A stretch of DNA of 64,000 nt from Promethearchaeota archaeon (lineage in GTDB: Archaea > Asgardarchaeota > Heimdallarchaeia > Hodarchaeales > Hodarchaeaceae), in NCBI GenBank assembly GCA_048938105.1, contig JBHLMN010000001.1, positions 224,001 through 288,000 of the forward strand, given 5' to 3'. The position numbers and the translations under genes are program-made. The notes under the pieces were generated by a model, which was not told the origin of the DNA, made no database searches, and saw nothing but the letters and a program-made list of their open reading frames with translations. Below are positions 1-10,448 of this stretch, piece after piece. Each line of letters starts with the position of its first letter. Positions within the stretch are counted from its first letter, which is position 1.

Positions 1-1
1 A

Positions 2-1252
2 ACACAGAGCCTAGATCAATATTATGAGATTATTCTGACAATACTAATTTATTTCCAAAATCCAACACTTTTTTCTCTTGATGTTACTGATCTGAAGTGG
101 ATAGAAGTGGATAGCTATGAAGATTTAGAACAAGCAAACATAATGTTTTCTCCAAAAGAAAGATTACTCGAGACAATTCTAAATAAGCATGGTGGTTATT
201 GGCGATACCCCTTTTTGGATTTTTCTTATTTGTACAATTTATATTTCCCTCCAGATAAATTACTAGAAGATTTAAAATATAATCTTAGGGATTTATTATG
301 TAATTATCCCTCTACTCATGTTGAACTTATTCAAAAGCTCTCAAATTGGACAAGAGTAGAAGCGAAGTACCTAGCGATAGGTAATGGTGCTTCAGAGATA
401 ATAAATTCATTAAAAAAATATTTTACTAAAATCTTAATTCCCATACCAACATTCAATGAATATGAAAGAAATCTATCAAAGCAAAAGATTCATTATATTG
501 AAAGAGACAAGAAAGATTTTTCTCTGCCTATGAACCAATTTGTTGAAACTTGCGAGAATAATAACGACATTAATACGGCTCTGATTATTAATCCTAATAA
601 TCCCACATCTCAGATTTTGAAATACGAAGAAACAAAGAAATTAGTGACTAGATTATCAAAAATCCAATCTTTAGAAATGATAATTCTAGATGAATCTTTT
701 GTTGATTTTGTTGGTGAAAACATTTCTCTCTTAGATGAATTAAGTAATTATCCTAATTTAATCATACTAAGAAGTCTTAGCAAGGATTTAGGAACACCAG
801 GCGTTAGATTAGGTTATATTGCTTCCGCTAATCAGAAGTTGATAAATAATATTAGAAAAGAAATTGCAATTTGGAATATAAACTCAATAGCTGAACGTTT
901 TTTGGATATTTTACCAAAATACCGTCAGGAATACTATCGATCAATAAGAATGGTAATTGAAGATAGAGCCTATTTTTATCAGAGGCTAAATGAAGAAGTT
1001 ACTGGAATCGAGATCTTTCCTTCTTATGCTAATTATTTTTTCATTAAGTTAATAAATGGAGCAAAAAGTAAGGAATTAAGAGATAGACTATTTCTAGATC
1101 ATGACATTCTTATTAAAGATTGTAGCAATAAGACTGGCCTTGAAAATGAGAAGTACATTAGAATAGCAATAAGAACGAAAGATGACATTGATTATTTTAT
1201 CCCCCGATTCAAAGCAGTTCTTAACCAATTGAGAAAAGAGAGGGAAAGATGA
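2..1252 (+). CDS. 5'-truncated fusion: C-terminal end of a LicC-like nucleotidyltransferase domain plus a class I/II PLP enzyme (CobD/HisC-like decarboxylase or aminotransferase)
   Basis: The frame is open from base 2 (TQSLDQYYEIIL...LKWIEVDSYEDLEQA, the WxEvDxxeDL end-motif of NTP transferases). It continues into INPNNPT, ILDESF and the PLP lysine motif SLSKDLGTPGVRLGY. Confidence 0.8.
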   Translation, partial: TQSLDQYYEIILTILIYFQNPTLFSLDVTDLKWIEVDSYEDLEQANIMFSPKERLLETILNKHGGYWRYPFLDFSYLYNLYFPPDKLLEDLKYNLRDLLCNYPSTHVELIQKLSNWTRVEAKYLAIGNGASEIINSLKKYFTKILIPIPTFNEYERNLSKQKIHYIERDKKDFSLPMNQFVETCENNNDINTALIINPNNPTSQILKYEETKKLVTRLSKIQSLEMIILDESFVDFVGENISLLDELSNYPNLIILRSLSKDLGTPGVRLGYIASANQKLINNIRKEIAIWNINSIAERFLDILPKYRQEYYRSIRMVIEDRAYFYQRLNEEVTGIEIFPSYANYFFIKLINGAKSKELRDRLFLDHDILIKDCSNKTGLENEKYIRIAIRTKDDIDYFIPRFKAVLNQLRKERER

Positions 1253-1295
1253 GTTCTGTTAGACTATATCAAAGTTTAAATGAAGGAATTTTATC

Positions 1296-2312
1296 ATGTG
1301 GGACAAACTTAAAGATAATAGGATTTTTGTTGGAGGTCATAGGAAGAATGGGACTACAGTGTTAATAGCATTACTTGATGGTCACCCAGATTTATTCATT
1401 TACCCTTATGAAACACACTTTTGGTATTCCTTTTATCCCATTTATGCTGAAGGCAATTTTAGCGTTAAAGAAAAAGTAGAAAGAATTACTCAATTCCTCT
1501 TTGAGGATTTAAAAGAAATCATTCAGAAATGGCTTAAATTAGATGAGAATGGTCTGAATTTCTCCTATCAAGAATTGAATGCCAAATACAATGAATTTAT
1601 ATTGAAAAATGGCAATACAACTAAAGATTTCTTTGATACTATGTGTTATTTGGTTAGAGAGCTATTACCATGCCCAAATTACCAAACACATAAATCTATA
1701 GTAACCAAAGATACGATGTCAGAAATTCATGTTAATGAATTATTCAAATTGTATCCAAAGTCAACATTTATTCATATTATGAGAGACCCAAGAGATAATT
1801 GTGCAGTAATAATGAATGGCTGGGATAAACATTACAAGAGAAACTATGATAGCAAAGAAAGATTATTCCGAGATGCCATTGATAGGGGATGGTTAAGTAT
1901 GCGCATGGCTATAGATAACCAAAAAATATATGGGGATGAGAAATATTTGATTATTAAATATGAGGATTTAATACTTAATACTAAAGCTACAATGAGAAAA
2001 GTATCCAAATTCATTGGAATTGATTTTAATCGTCTGAATTTTGACACTACTTTCTGTGGTATTCCATGGGAGGGAAATAGTTTCACAAATATGAAATACA
2101 AAGGTGTAAATACTAGTAGAATTGGAATGTATAGGAAATATTTAACAGAAGACCAAATAAAAGTCCTAGAATATTATTTTGAGGGAGAGATGATTCATTT
2201 CGGTTACAAACCTGATTATAAAAGATCAGAAAGTGTAGATGCGGTTAGAGAACATTATAAATGGTTTAATAATAATCAAATTTATTCAGGAAAAGCCTTT
2301 CGGAAATATTAG
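1296..2312 (+). CDS. Sulfotransferase family protein
   Basis: IFVGGHRKNGTTVL (5'-PSB loop), LLDGHPDL, FIHIMRDPRD (3'-PB), IKYEDL. Confidence 0.85.
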   Translation: MWDKLKDNRIFVGGHRKNGTTVLIALLDGHPDLFIYPYETHFWYSFYPIYAEGNFSVKEKVERITQFLFEDLKEIIQKWLKLDENGLNFSYQELNAKYNEFILKNGNTTKDFFDTMCYLVRELLPCPNYQTHKSIVTKDTMSEIHVNELFKLYPKSTFIHIMRDPRDNCAVIMNGWDKHYKRNYDSKERLFRDAIDRGWLSMRMAIDNQKIYGDEKYLIIKYEDLILNTKATMRKVSKFIGIDFNRLNFDTTFCGIPWEGNSFTNMKYKGVNTSRIGMYRKYLTEDQIKVLEYYFEGEMIHFGYKPDYKRSESVDAVREHYKWFNNNQIYSGKAFRKY

Positions 2313-2528
2313 AAAATAGGATGGTTTTTTTATCCCCTCCTTCTTTGCCAACTCCTTTATGAATCCATTGAGTCAATAGTGACTAAAACTCAATCGCCTC
2401 ATTATGAAACAGGAGAGAACCTTATCAAGCAAAAAAAGATTATGTAACAATGATAATGAGTCAAACACATCCCGAGTGAGGAGATAATCATATCTGAGAG
2501 ATTAAGTGCCAAATACAAGCGATTCATT

Positions 2529-3971
2529 ATGGGAGGTTTCTCAAGAGTCTTAATCTCTCGTACATTCTCTTTTCTTTATGTTATAATTATTACCCGCTTA
2601 GTCACAAAGGGAATAATGGACGAAATGATCATTTTAGCTTCTGGCCACCTCATAATTTCACAATTAGCAAGCTTTAGTATGAAATACTCTTGTAGACAAC
2701 GAGCTTTATCAGTAGGTGAAGAACGAAGTGAGGAAATCCGTTACAATGCATTAGTATTTATGTTGGTAATAGTTATACCGTTAGCTATTTTACTAGCTAC
2801 TATATTAGCTCTGTATGTGACAGGTTCTAGCTCTTTTGAATTATTATTCCTGTATCCACTATCTATGGCATTTTTAATCATAGTAGATACAGAAATAATG
2901 ATTGAAAGGTCATTATTGGCTGCAGATAAGGCAATATTCATAAATATGGCTTATACAATACTGAACTCGGTATTAGTGCCTTTATTCTACTATATCAACC
3001 CAACTTTGAGGAGTATATTGTGGGCTTGGATTATTGGTTTAGTGGTGACTGTTTTATTAGATATTCGAAAACCATTCCAAATATTACGAAAGAAAAAATT
3101 AAATCTTCAAACTTTGCACTATTTACTACGTTTTAGTTTTCCTATTTACCTAAGTCAATTACCAAGACTAATTTCGAGTCATATTAACAAGTTCATAATG
3201 TTTGAATTTCTTGAGACTGGAGCTACCAGCATTTTTTATTGGCCAAACAGAATTCTTTCTATTATTCGTGAAATGATTTTCATTGTAGCTACTGGTTCGG
3301 CACTACTGTTTAATAAACTTAATATAGTTGATAAGGAGAGATTACGTGATAGTTTTTTAGGTTTATTCCGAACAATTGTCCTTATTTCAGCTGTGGTTTA
3401 TTTTTGGATTTACCTAGATGCTGCTATATTGATTTATCTACTTTTAGGAGAAGGGTATATCGAAGCGGTTCTTTTCTTTAGATTGCTATGCATTACTTGG
3501 ATTATAACATCTATGACTACTGTTATGATAAACCTGAAAGATGCGCAAGGGCACAGGCGAATTTTGGTGAAAGGTAACCTTTTAGATTTTTCCAGTAAAA
3601 TTGTTCTGTTATTAATTTTGATTAGTCTGGGAGTATTGGGAGTCGTTCTAACTGAATTATTTGTTGCTATCCTCTATTTTGTATATTATCTCAAAAATAC
3701 TAAATATTTGCACGTTAATGACAACTTCATTCGTTTGGGTATCTTTATTACTATTGTGTCTATAACAGCTCACATAGGTATCTTTATCGAAAATTTCGAT
3801 CTGTTTGTAATGATGATACTAAATCTCATTTATATAGGAATAGCCATAGGATGCTTTTTTATGATTAAACCATTGACAACACGTGATATTAGATTTATTG
3901 ATAATATAATTCCGCAAAAACTCCAATGGACCTTAACCTATTATCACCCATCCAAATCTAAATTCGACTAA
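2529..3971 (+). CDS. Wzx/MOP-family oligosaccharide flippase
   Basis: About 12-14 hydrophobic segments, LLRFSFPIYLS motif, located in a glycan cluster. The frame is open upstream to an ATA at 2490 preceded by GAGGAG. Confidence 0.75.
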   Translation: MGGFSRVLISRTFSFLYVIIITRLVTKGIMDEMIILASGHLIISQLASFSMKYSCRQRALSVGEERSEEIRYNALVFMLVIVIPLAILLATILALYVTGSSSFELLFLYPLSMAFLIIVDTEIMIERSLLAADKAIFINMAYTILNSVLVPLFYYINPTLRSILWAWIIGLVVTVLLDIRKPFQILRKKKLNLQTLHYLLRFSFPIYLSQLPRLISSHINKFIMFEFLETGATSIFYWPNRILSIIREMIFIVATGSALLFNKLNIVDKERLRDSFLGLFRTIVLISAVVYFWIYLDAAILIYLLLGEGYIEAVLFFRLLCITWIITSMTTVMINLKDAQGHRRILVKGNLLDFSSKIVLLLILISLGVLGVVLTELFVAILYFVYYLKNTKYLHVNDNFIRLGIFITIVSITAHIGIFIENFDLFVMMILNLIYIGIAIGCFFMIKPLTTRDIRFIDNIIPQKLQWTLTYYHPSKSKFD

Positions 3972-4107
3972 ATTGAAAGAAGTTACAATAGACGATTAAA
4001 TTTGAGACTTCAAGGGTTTTTCCCACTATTTTTTTGTTAAGTAGACAAAGTAATTGGTAATTTCGTTATCCATCAAGATTCGCCTCTCGATGGAAGATGA
4101 TCCGATT

Positions 4108-5430
4108 TTAATTTTTATTAAGCACTGTTATAGGATTGAACTTGTTAAATCTCTTAACTAATTGTAATTCAAATGTAAACTTCAAGTCGGAGTTCATTAC
4201 ATTACCATCCTCTTTGAATCGTAGTGTCCTAAAAAGTGCTTCTTGTTCATTTAAATCTGTTATTTTGGAAGCAAGGAATGGAATAGGATAACCAGTCTTT
4301 GACATATTAATAGAGTCATATCTCAACTCTTCTTTAGCCTTGAGGTTTTTCAGGACACTGATTATTCGCTTACCTGCGTCTGCTTCAAACAAATTGACTG
4401 GTTTACTCATTTTTTTGACAAAATGAATGTCATGATGAAGTTTATTGATTACATTTAAGATTAAATCGGAATTATGACCGACTAAGAGGTTTTTTCCGCT
4501 GATTATTGTTTCAGGCCATTCAGAGGTTTCTCTTAAAGTAATGCACGGAATATTCAGTATAGCTGCTTCTTCTTGAACCCCGCCACTATCAGTTAATACT
4601 AAATGGGCTTTTTTTAATAAATTTATGAAAGAAAGATATCCGAGTGGGGGAATCATCCTGATTTTTGATTTGGGATGAAAGTCATTACTTAAATCAAAGA
4701 GCTGAATTTGTTTTTTGGTTCTAGGATGGACGGGAAATACAATAGGGATGGGACTATTCTTTATCCCAGTGATAATATCTCTCAATCGTTCCAAATCATC
4801 AGTATTTTCAGGCCGATGGATTGTTAATACACCATATGGAGATTCAAATTTGGGTACGCTTTGGTTGTCTCTTTTAACTTGGATAACATGATTTATTACA
4901 TCCTTTTGAGTGTTTCCGCACATAAAAATCCTATTACTAGGTTTTCCTTCCCAAAGAAGATTAATTTCAGCTTGAGCAGATGGTGCAAATAATATAGATG
5001 ATATTGCATCAATTATTAGACGGTTTAATTCTTCTGGCATTTTTCGATCAAAGGATCGGCATCCAGCTTCAAAATGAGCTGAAGGAATGTTAATTTTTCG
5101 AGCTGCTAAAGCACCTGCCATAGCTGAGTTGGTATCGCCCAGTACTCCTACAACGTCAATTTCTTCTTTCAAAAGAAAATCTTCGATTTTTACAAGCATT
5201 GATGCAGTCTGACTTCCATGAGTCTCTCCTTGTGCTTCAAGGAATACATCAGGTTCTCTAATTTTTAAATCCTCGAAAAAGATCTGAGACATCTCATAAT
5301 CATAGTGTTGACCTGTATGAATGAGGATACTTCTTATGTCAGGATCTTGATCAGCATGCCGAATAATTGACCATGTCTTGATTATTTCAGGCCTCGTTCC
5401 AAGTATGAAGGCAATTGTGTACATAATCAT
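4108..5430 (-). CDS. wecB: UDP-N-acetylglucosamine 2-epimerase (non-hydrolysing)
   Basis: GTRPEIIK, HTGQHYD, GDTNS, HFEAGCRS, MPEELNR, TDSGGVQEEA. Confidence 0.95.
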   Translation of the reverse strand: MIMYTIAFILGTRPEIIKTWSIIRHADQDPDIRSILIHTGQHYDYEMSQIFFEDLKIREPDVFLEAQGETHGSQTASMLVKIEDFLLKEEIDVVGVLGDTNSAMAGALAARKINIPSAHFEAGCRSFDRKMPEELNRLIIDAISSILFAPSAQAEINLLWEGKPSNRIFMCGNTQKDVINHVIQVKRDNQSVPKFESPYGVLTIHRPENTDDLERLRDIITGIKNSPIPIVFPVHPRTKKQIQLFDLSNDFHPKSKIRMIPPLGYLSFINLLKKAHLVLTDSGGVQEEAAILNIPCITLRETSEWPETIISGKNLLVGHNSDLILNVINKLHHDIHFVKKMSKPVNLFEADAGKRIISVLKNLKAKEELRYDSINMSKTGYPIPFLASKITDLNEQEALFRTLRFKEDGNVMNSDLKFTFELQLVKRFNKFNPITVLNKN

Positions 5431-5559
5431 CTCTCAAATCATTTGAAAAGAATTTTTCCTCTGGTACAGGAAAAAAATACTTTTACTGGAATATTGTTCT
5501 GATACATTAATATCATAGTTTATACTTTCTCAAAAATACTTAAAGCTTCTTTGTATAAA

Positions 5560-6657
5560 TTATCCCCCTCTTAAGATTCCTCTTCTCTTAAAAATTTCCG
5601 CGTATAATTGTAATGTTTTCTGGACTCCTGCTTGTACCGACAGTTCTTTCACAACAAAATTACGCCCTTTTTGTGACAATTCATGTCGAAATTTGTGATT
5701 GGTCAACACTTTAATTAATGCTTGAGAAATACTCTGTGGATCAAAAGCGTGTACAACTCCAGGAACATCACCTTTGGGATAATATGTAACTATCGGTGTT
5801 CCAGAAGCAAGTGATTCCAACTGGGAAATCCCCAGTTCGACAATACGGGGCTGAAATCCTCGTGTTTCGACTTTGGATGCATTCAAATACTTTCCTACCT
5901 CACTATTTGGAATTTCTCCTAAAAAATGAACATTTTCACTCATATGTAACTTTTTTACTAGTTTTTCCATACCTTTCCGTTCAGGCCCTTTTCCAATGAA
6001 TATAATGTTAGCATCTGGAATTTGATCTAAAACTAATCGAAACGCGTAAAGTACAGTATAGGGGCTTTTTATTTTAAATAGACGAGCAGTAAATGTAATA
6101 ATGTTTTCACCATATTTAGCAACAATTTCTGAAGCATCAATATTTGGATTGAAGGTTTCTGTATCGATTATACGCGGAAGATAAATCTTTTTATGCTCGG
6201 GAACGGTGTCTAATTCCTCTAGATAGTAATCAGCTGTTAATATAACTTTATCGATTTTTCTTAAGAAGATTCGTTGGATTGGCCCACGAATTCTTGAATG
6301 TGGTACAATTAACACTTCCCAACCATGACCAACGCCAACTATGGGGACTTTTAATCGCCATGCAACAATTTGTGATAAGAATAATTGTGACCACAAATAA
6401 TGGACATGGATTATTTGCGGTTTAAATTGTAAAATTTCTTTTATTAGAGGGTAAGCTATTCCAAAAGCCCGTGGTCGAATTGGTAAAGGAGACAACCATT
6501 TGACACGGACGTTCTTAGGAGTTTCTTGGGTGAAACGAAACCTTTTTCTAAACTTTTGCCTATCTAGGAGGACTAATACTTCGTGTCCTCTTTCTCCCAA
6601 ACCTTTCGCTAGATAAAAGCTGCAATTAGCGATTTCATCAATAATACAGATTTTCAT
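5560..6657 (-). CDS. GT4 family glycosyltransferase
   Basis: MKICII start, GHEV, IIHVH, ARLFKIK, ELGISQLESLASGTPIV. Start moved to the second Met. Confidence 0.9.
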   Translation of the reverse strand: MKICIIDEIANCSFYLAKGLGERGHEVLVLLDRQKFRKRFRFTQETPKNVRVKWLSPLPIRPRAFGIAYPLIKEILQFKPQIIHVHYLWSQLFLSQIVAWRLKVPIVGVGHGWEVLIVPHSRIRGPIQRIFLRKIDKVILTADYYLEELDTVPEHKKIYLPRIIDTETFNPNIDASEIVAKYGENIITFTARLFKIKSPYTVLYAFRLVLDQIPDANIIFIGKGPERKGMEKLVKKLHMSENVHFLGEIPNSEVGKYLNASKVETRGFQPRIVELGISQLESLASGTPIVTYYPKGDVPGVVHAFDPQSISQALIKVLTNHKFRHELSQKGRNFVVKELSVQAGVQKTLQLYAEIFKRRGILRGG

Positions 6658-6777
6658 TTCAATGGAAGAGTTTTTATAAGATACCTTTAACATTATTGCC
6701 AGATGAAAGCCACATTAATAGAGCTACTGTGCTAGAGTCGTTCTATATTGCATTATTTCTTGGTTATTTGTGATTCA

Positions 6778-7404
6778 TCATAATTTCCAACGGATAACCT
6801 CAAAAGCTTCAGCATATTGAGCTTTAATTTGAACCCCCCTAGCAATCGCTAATCCACGAATGAATTCTGGATTCACATACCCTCGGTGTTTTTGACTTTT
6901 ATAGCAAAGTAATGCCTCTATTTTCTTTTGTACATGTTTCTCCTGGAGTACACTGAAACATTGCGTCTGAAAATAAATATTATTCCAAGGTAATTCGTAA
7001 CCCAAAATTGAATCTGTTTTAAAAGCCCTAATACCTTCTTGTGAGATAGTTGTATGATCTTGATGAAGATCATTGGGAGATGGTAAAAAAATAATATCCG
7101 GTTCTACTTCTCTCCTAAGTTTAACAAGATCTTCTAAAATTTCTTGACGATTATAGGAGAATTTCCTTACAGTATAGTCATAAAGTATAATGTGGTCTTG
7201 TGGAATATTTAAAACTTTAGCAGCAGCCTTGATTTCCTTTACTAATGTATCATCAGGCACTCCAGGCGGTAATGAGGCCCTAACACTTGAGAAAGCGGCT
7301 AAATACAAATCTTTCTGTTGTTCTATAAATTTCACAATACTTCCTCCCATTGATAGTTCGCCATCATCGGTGTGGGGGGCTAAAACTAAGATTCTTTCAG
7401 TCAT
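6778..7404 (-). CDS. PIG-L/LmbE family deacetylase
   Basis: LAPHTDDGELSMGG, DLHQDH, YKSQ, AEAFEV. Confidence 0.92.
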   Translation of the reverse strand: MTERILVLAPHTDDGELSMGGSIVKFIEQQKDLYLAAFSSVRASLPPGVPDDTLVKEIKAAAKVLNIPQDHIILYDYTVRKFSYNRQEILEDLVKLRREVEPDIIFLPSPNDLHQDHTTISQEGIRAFKTDSILGYELPWNNIYFQTQCFSVLQEKHVQKKIEALLCYKSQKHRGYVNPEFIRGLAIARGVQIKAQYAEAFEVIRWKL

Positions 7405-7651
7405 TTTTTCTCCTCTTATTCTAATTGTACATTAAAACGATGAGCTAAACTTTTTTTCAAAAATATTATGTCCACCTTTCTTTATTTTTAACTATTTTTT
7501 GTATTTTACTTTTATTTATCAAATTATTTTATGAATACGTAATTCGATTATTATCTATCTTTAATAAATCCAATTGTTATCGTTCTGGTGTTTCGAATAA
7601 CATGACTATATCTGAAAGATGATGTACTTCAAAAATCGAAGGGGTTCAATT

Positions 7652-8434
7652 TCATGAAATCATTGAAGAGAATGTTTGGAAATCATTAATGGATTCCATT
7701 AGTTTCTGAAAATCATCTTTCTCTTTGTTAGAAAAAGCCCATTTATGCGGATGTGTTAATACTACGAAAGTTTTTCCTTTTAAGACGTTTTTAATTAACC
7801 AATTCATATTGTATTTTGATATGTCGCGATAGTATTCATCAAGCCAGAAAGCTCCAGGAAATACAAGAAATTTGTCCTTTTGAATTGGTTGGGCTGTAGG
7901 AATTTCATCATTTCCAGAAAAATACTTGAAACCTACATCTTGGCCGAGTTTTATCAAAAAATCCAAGTTGTACTCAACAGTATGATACTTTGATAGCTTG
8001 ATTTTGCCTGATCCATGTTTTGAAAAACCCAAAATAGGGGTGGGAAGATTTTTAGATAAAATTTTGAGATCCGTTTGAAAATCTCTTAGTGAAGATGTTC
8101 TTTCGGCATGATAAGCTATTTCATGTTTAGCTTTGATCAATTTTTGTTGAAATTCTTTAGATGGTTTTGTTTGAACCCGAAAAAACCAAGTTGCAGGAAT
8201 CTGAGCTTTTTCTAGTACTTTAAATAGGGATTTTGCTTGATCTAAATACCCTAGAAAATTGTGACGGATTGGTAATCTTTTGAAGTTTAAAGAAAAGTAA
8301 TTCAAAACCTTTTTATGAAACGAAAACCACCCATATGGATTATCGACATCTATTCTTAATATTATTGGCACAATTTCTTCTCCATTTCGTCTTTCTGTAT
8401 TTTTCCTCTTATCTATCGCTAGAAGATACAACAT
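7652..8434 (-). CDS. Polysaccharide deacetylase-like protein (NodB/CE4 fold)
   Basis: LRIDVD, ATWFF, HEIAYH, LTHPHKW. The true start is probably near 8371 (VPIILRIDVD). Confidence 0.65.
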   Translation of the reverse strand: MLYLLAIDKRKNTERRNGEEIVPIILRIDVDNPYGWFSFHKKVLNYFSLNFKRLPIRHNFLGYLDQAKSLFKVLEKAQIPATWFFRVQTKPSKEFQQKLIKAKHEIAYHAERTSSLRDFQTDLKILSKNLPTPILGFSKHGSGKIKLSKYHTVEYNLDFLIKLGQDVGFKYFSGNDEIPTAQPIQKDKFLVFPGAFWLDEYYRDISKYNMNWLIKNVLKGKTFVVLTHPHKWAFSNKEKDDFQKLMESINDFQTFSSMIS

Positions 8435-8466
8435 AATTTACTTCGATAGTGATTTCTCGGTGAAAA

Positions 8467-9360
8467 CTATGATTCGATAGATAAATAGCTCCTAAGAGAA
8501 TATTTGTCTCCGATTCTATCAAACACCCAATCTGGAATAGTATCAACAAACTGCTTAGCATCTTTTAAATCTTGAGCTGAAAGAATAGTTGGTTCTATAT
8601 TGATATTCCTATCAACTGATAATTTTAATTGCTTAAAGGTTATACCGAGAATTTTGAACATCTTTCTCACTTGATACTCGTCGTTAAGTTCTTCTATGTC
8701 AATATCAATTACTTTTTCAACGTCATATTTCTTTATGAATCTTTGATGTCTTAATTCAGTTTCAAACCAGTACCATAAGCATTTCTGAAAATCAGACATC
8801 GGAGAAATGATTTTTAATTCATTTCTTTTGAAATTAGGATCAAGAAGATAGATATTCTTAGGATCAGGTATCGATCCACGGTTATAAAAGCTTTTAGCGA
8901 CATGTAAGGGATTACGAACCAGATGAATTAGACTTAATTGAGGATTTAATAAGTACATTTCCTCTCCGAAAGATTTTGTGAAAGCATGAGTTGATTCTAA
9001 GTATATTTCTTTTATATCTACTAAAGCAATATATGAGGAAACACGATTCCTCAGGCGTCTCGTAAGTCTTAAGAAAGATTTAGATTGTTTTTTCCCCCGT
9101 CCTAACGTATCTCTTACTAAAGGAAGATTTAACATCTTTCCATATCTTTTCCCCCTCTTTAGACGCGTAATCTTTTTCTTTGCAAGTTTTATTAACTTGT
9201 CCCTCTCAAAATTGTCATACCATCTTATTGGATCACCATAACCCCTTGGATAAGGATCATGTTCAGCAGAAGCATTTTTTGCGTTAGTATTAATGATATT
9301 CGCTAAATATCCTGTACCACTTCTTCCAGTCGTAGATGTGAACACTAATTGAAGATCCAT
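8467..9360 (-). CDS. Sulfotransferase-like protein
   Basis: TTGRSGTGYLA PAPS-binding loop, HDP, LIHLVRNP. Confidence 0.7.
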   Translation of the reverse strand: MDLQLVFTSTTGRSGTGYLANIINTNAKNASAEHDPYPRGYGDPIRWYDNFERDKLIKLAKKKITRLKRGKRYGKMLNLPLVRDTLGRGKKQSKSFLRLTRRLRNRVSSYIALVDIKEIYLESTHAFTKSFGEEMYLLNPQLSLIHLVRNPLHVAKSFYNRGSIPDPKNIYLLDPNFKRNELKIISPMSDFQKCLWYWFETELRHQRFIKKYDVEKVIDIDIEELNDEYQVRKMFKILGITFKQLKLSVDRNINIEPTILSAQDLKDAKQFVDTIPDWVFDRIGDKYSLRSYLSIES

Positions 9361-9496
9361 AAAATAATTTCACCAGAAAACCAGTCTTAAAGTATGTGAT
9401 TTATATGAATTGTATCTCTTTTGTTCTAATTGTTTGAAATTTCTCTTCTATTTGCATCATACCATTAGTTTCATGAATTAAAACTTCTAACAATTT

Positions 9497-10396
9497 CTAT
9501 TTTAATTTTTTAAGTATTTGAAATAATTTTTCAGGTATTTTTCTAAGCTGATATCGCCGCATAAATTCACGATTTAATTGTTGGGCAGCTGAGAGATGTT
9601 CAGGAATAGGAGAACTGTAATATCCTGCTAGAAATCTTATACTTGCTTTAATTCCGCGATGTTGTAATAACCATAATCTTATAGCTCGTAATACCGCCAC
9701 AATGAAAGGGTATTTCATTGCTCGAACAGCCCGTCCCCAGTTCAGGTAATCAATAGTTCCCTGTGGTTTTCTCATTGAATAAAATCGTACCTTCGGAAAA
9801 TTCTTTACTTTAAAACCCATTCTTCGACTTTGAACAAGACAATCATCCTCCCATCCATATATTACTGGATATTTTTCACCATAGAATTTCCAGAATCGTG
9901 AATCAATCAGGCGACCCGCACCTCGAGCGTGGGTAGGATTAGTCACCATTTGTATATTCTGACCAGAAGCTATAGCTAAAGTAGAATCTTTCTTAAATTC
10001 TAACAACATTTTTTCGATATATCTCTTTTCTAATATGATATCAGCTCCAACGATCATAATATAATCGAATTGATAATTTTTAGCAATATTAAATCCCACG
10101 TTAAAGGTAGTTGCGAGTGCAGGTGTCCCAACAAGACTAACACCATTTTTCCGATGGGGTCTTTGTTGGACAAGTAATTGAAAACTCGGGGTAGTATAAT
10201 TTTGGAGTACTTGTAAAGTATTATCTCTAGATCCATCATCCACAACGATTACTTTTTCTGGTGGGTGAGTTTGTGTTGTAATTGCATCCAGTGTTCTAGC
10301 AATGGATTTTTCTTCGTTACGAGCAGGAATTACAATAAACACTTTTTTAGGAACTTTCAAAGATAATTCCTCAATGAATGGATATAGATGACTCAA
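9497..10396 (-). CDS. GT2 family glycosyltransferase
   Basis: IVIPARNEE, VVDDGSRD, GADI, GWED. Confidence 0.9.
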   Translation of the reverse strand: MSHLYPFIEELSLKVPKKVFIVIPARNEEKSIARTLDAITTQTHPPEKVIVVDDGSRDNTLQVLQNYTTPSFQLLVQQRPHRKNGVSLVGTPALATTFNVGFNIAKNYQFDYIMIVGADIILEKRYIEKMLLEFKKDSTLAIASGQNIQMVTNPTHARGAGRLIDSRFWKFYGEKYPVIYGWEDDCLVQSRRMGFKVKNFPKVRFYSMRKPQGTIDYLNWGRAVRAMKYPFIVAVLRAIRLWLLQHRGIKASIRFLAGYYSSPIPEHLSAAQQLNREFMRRYQLRKIPEKLFQILKKLK

Positions 10397-10448
10397 ATCG
10401 TAATTTTATCAAAGATGGTCGGAAGATAAAAGGCATAGTTGTATATGA

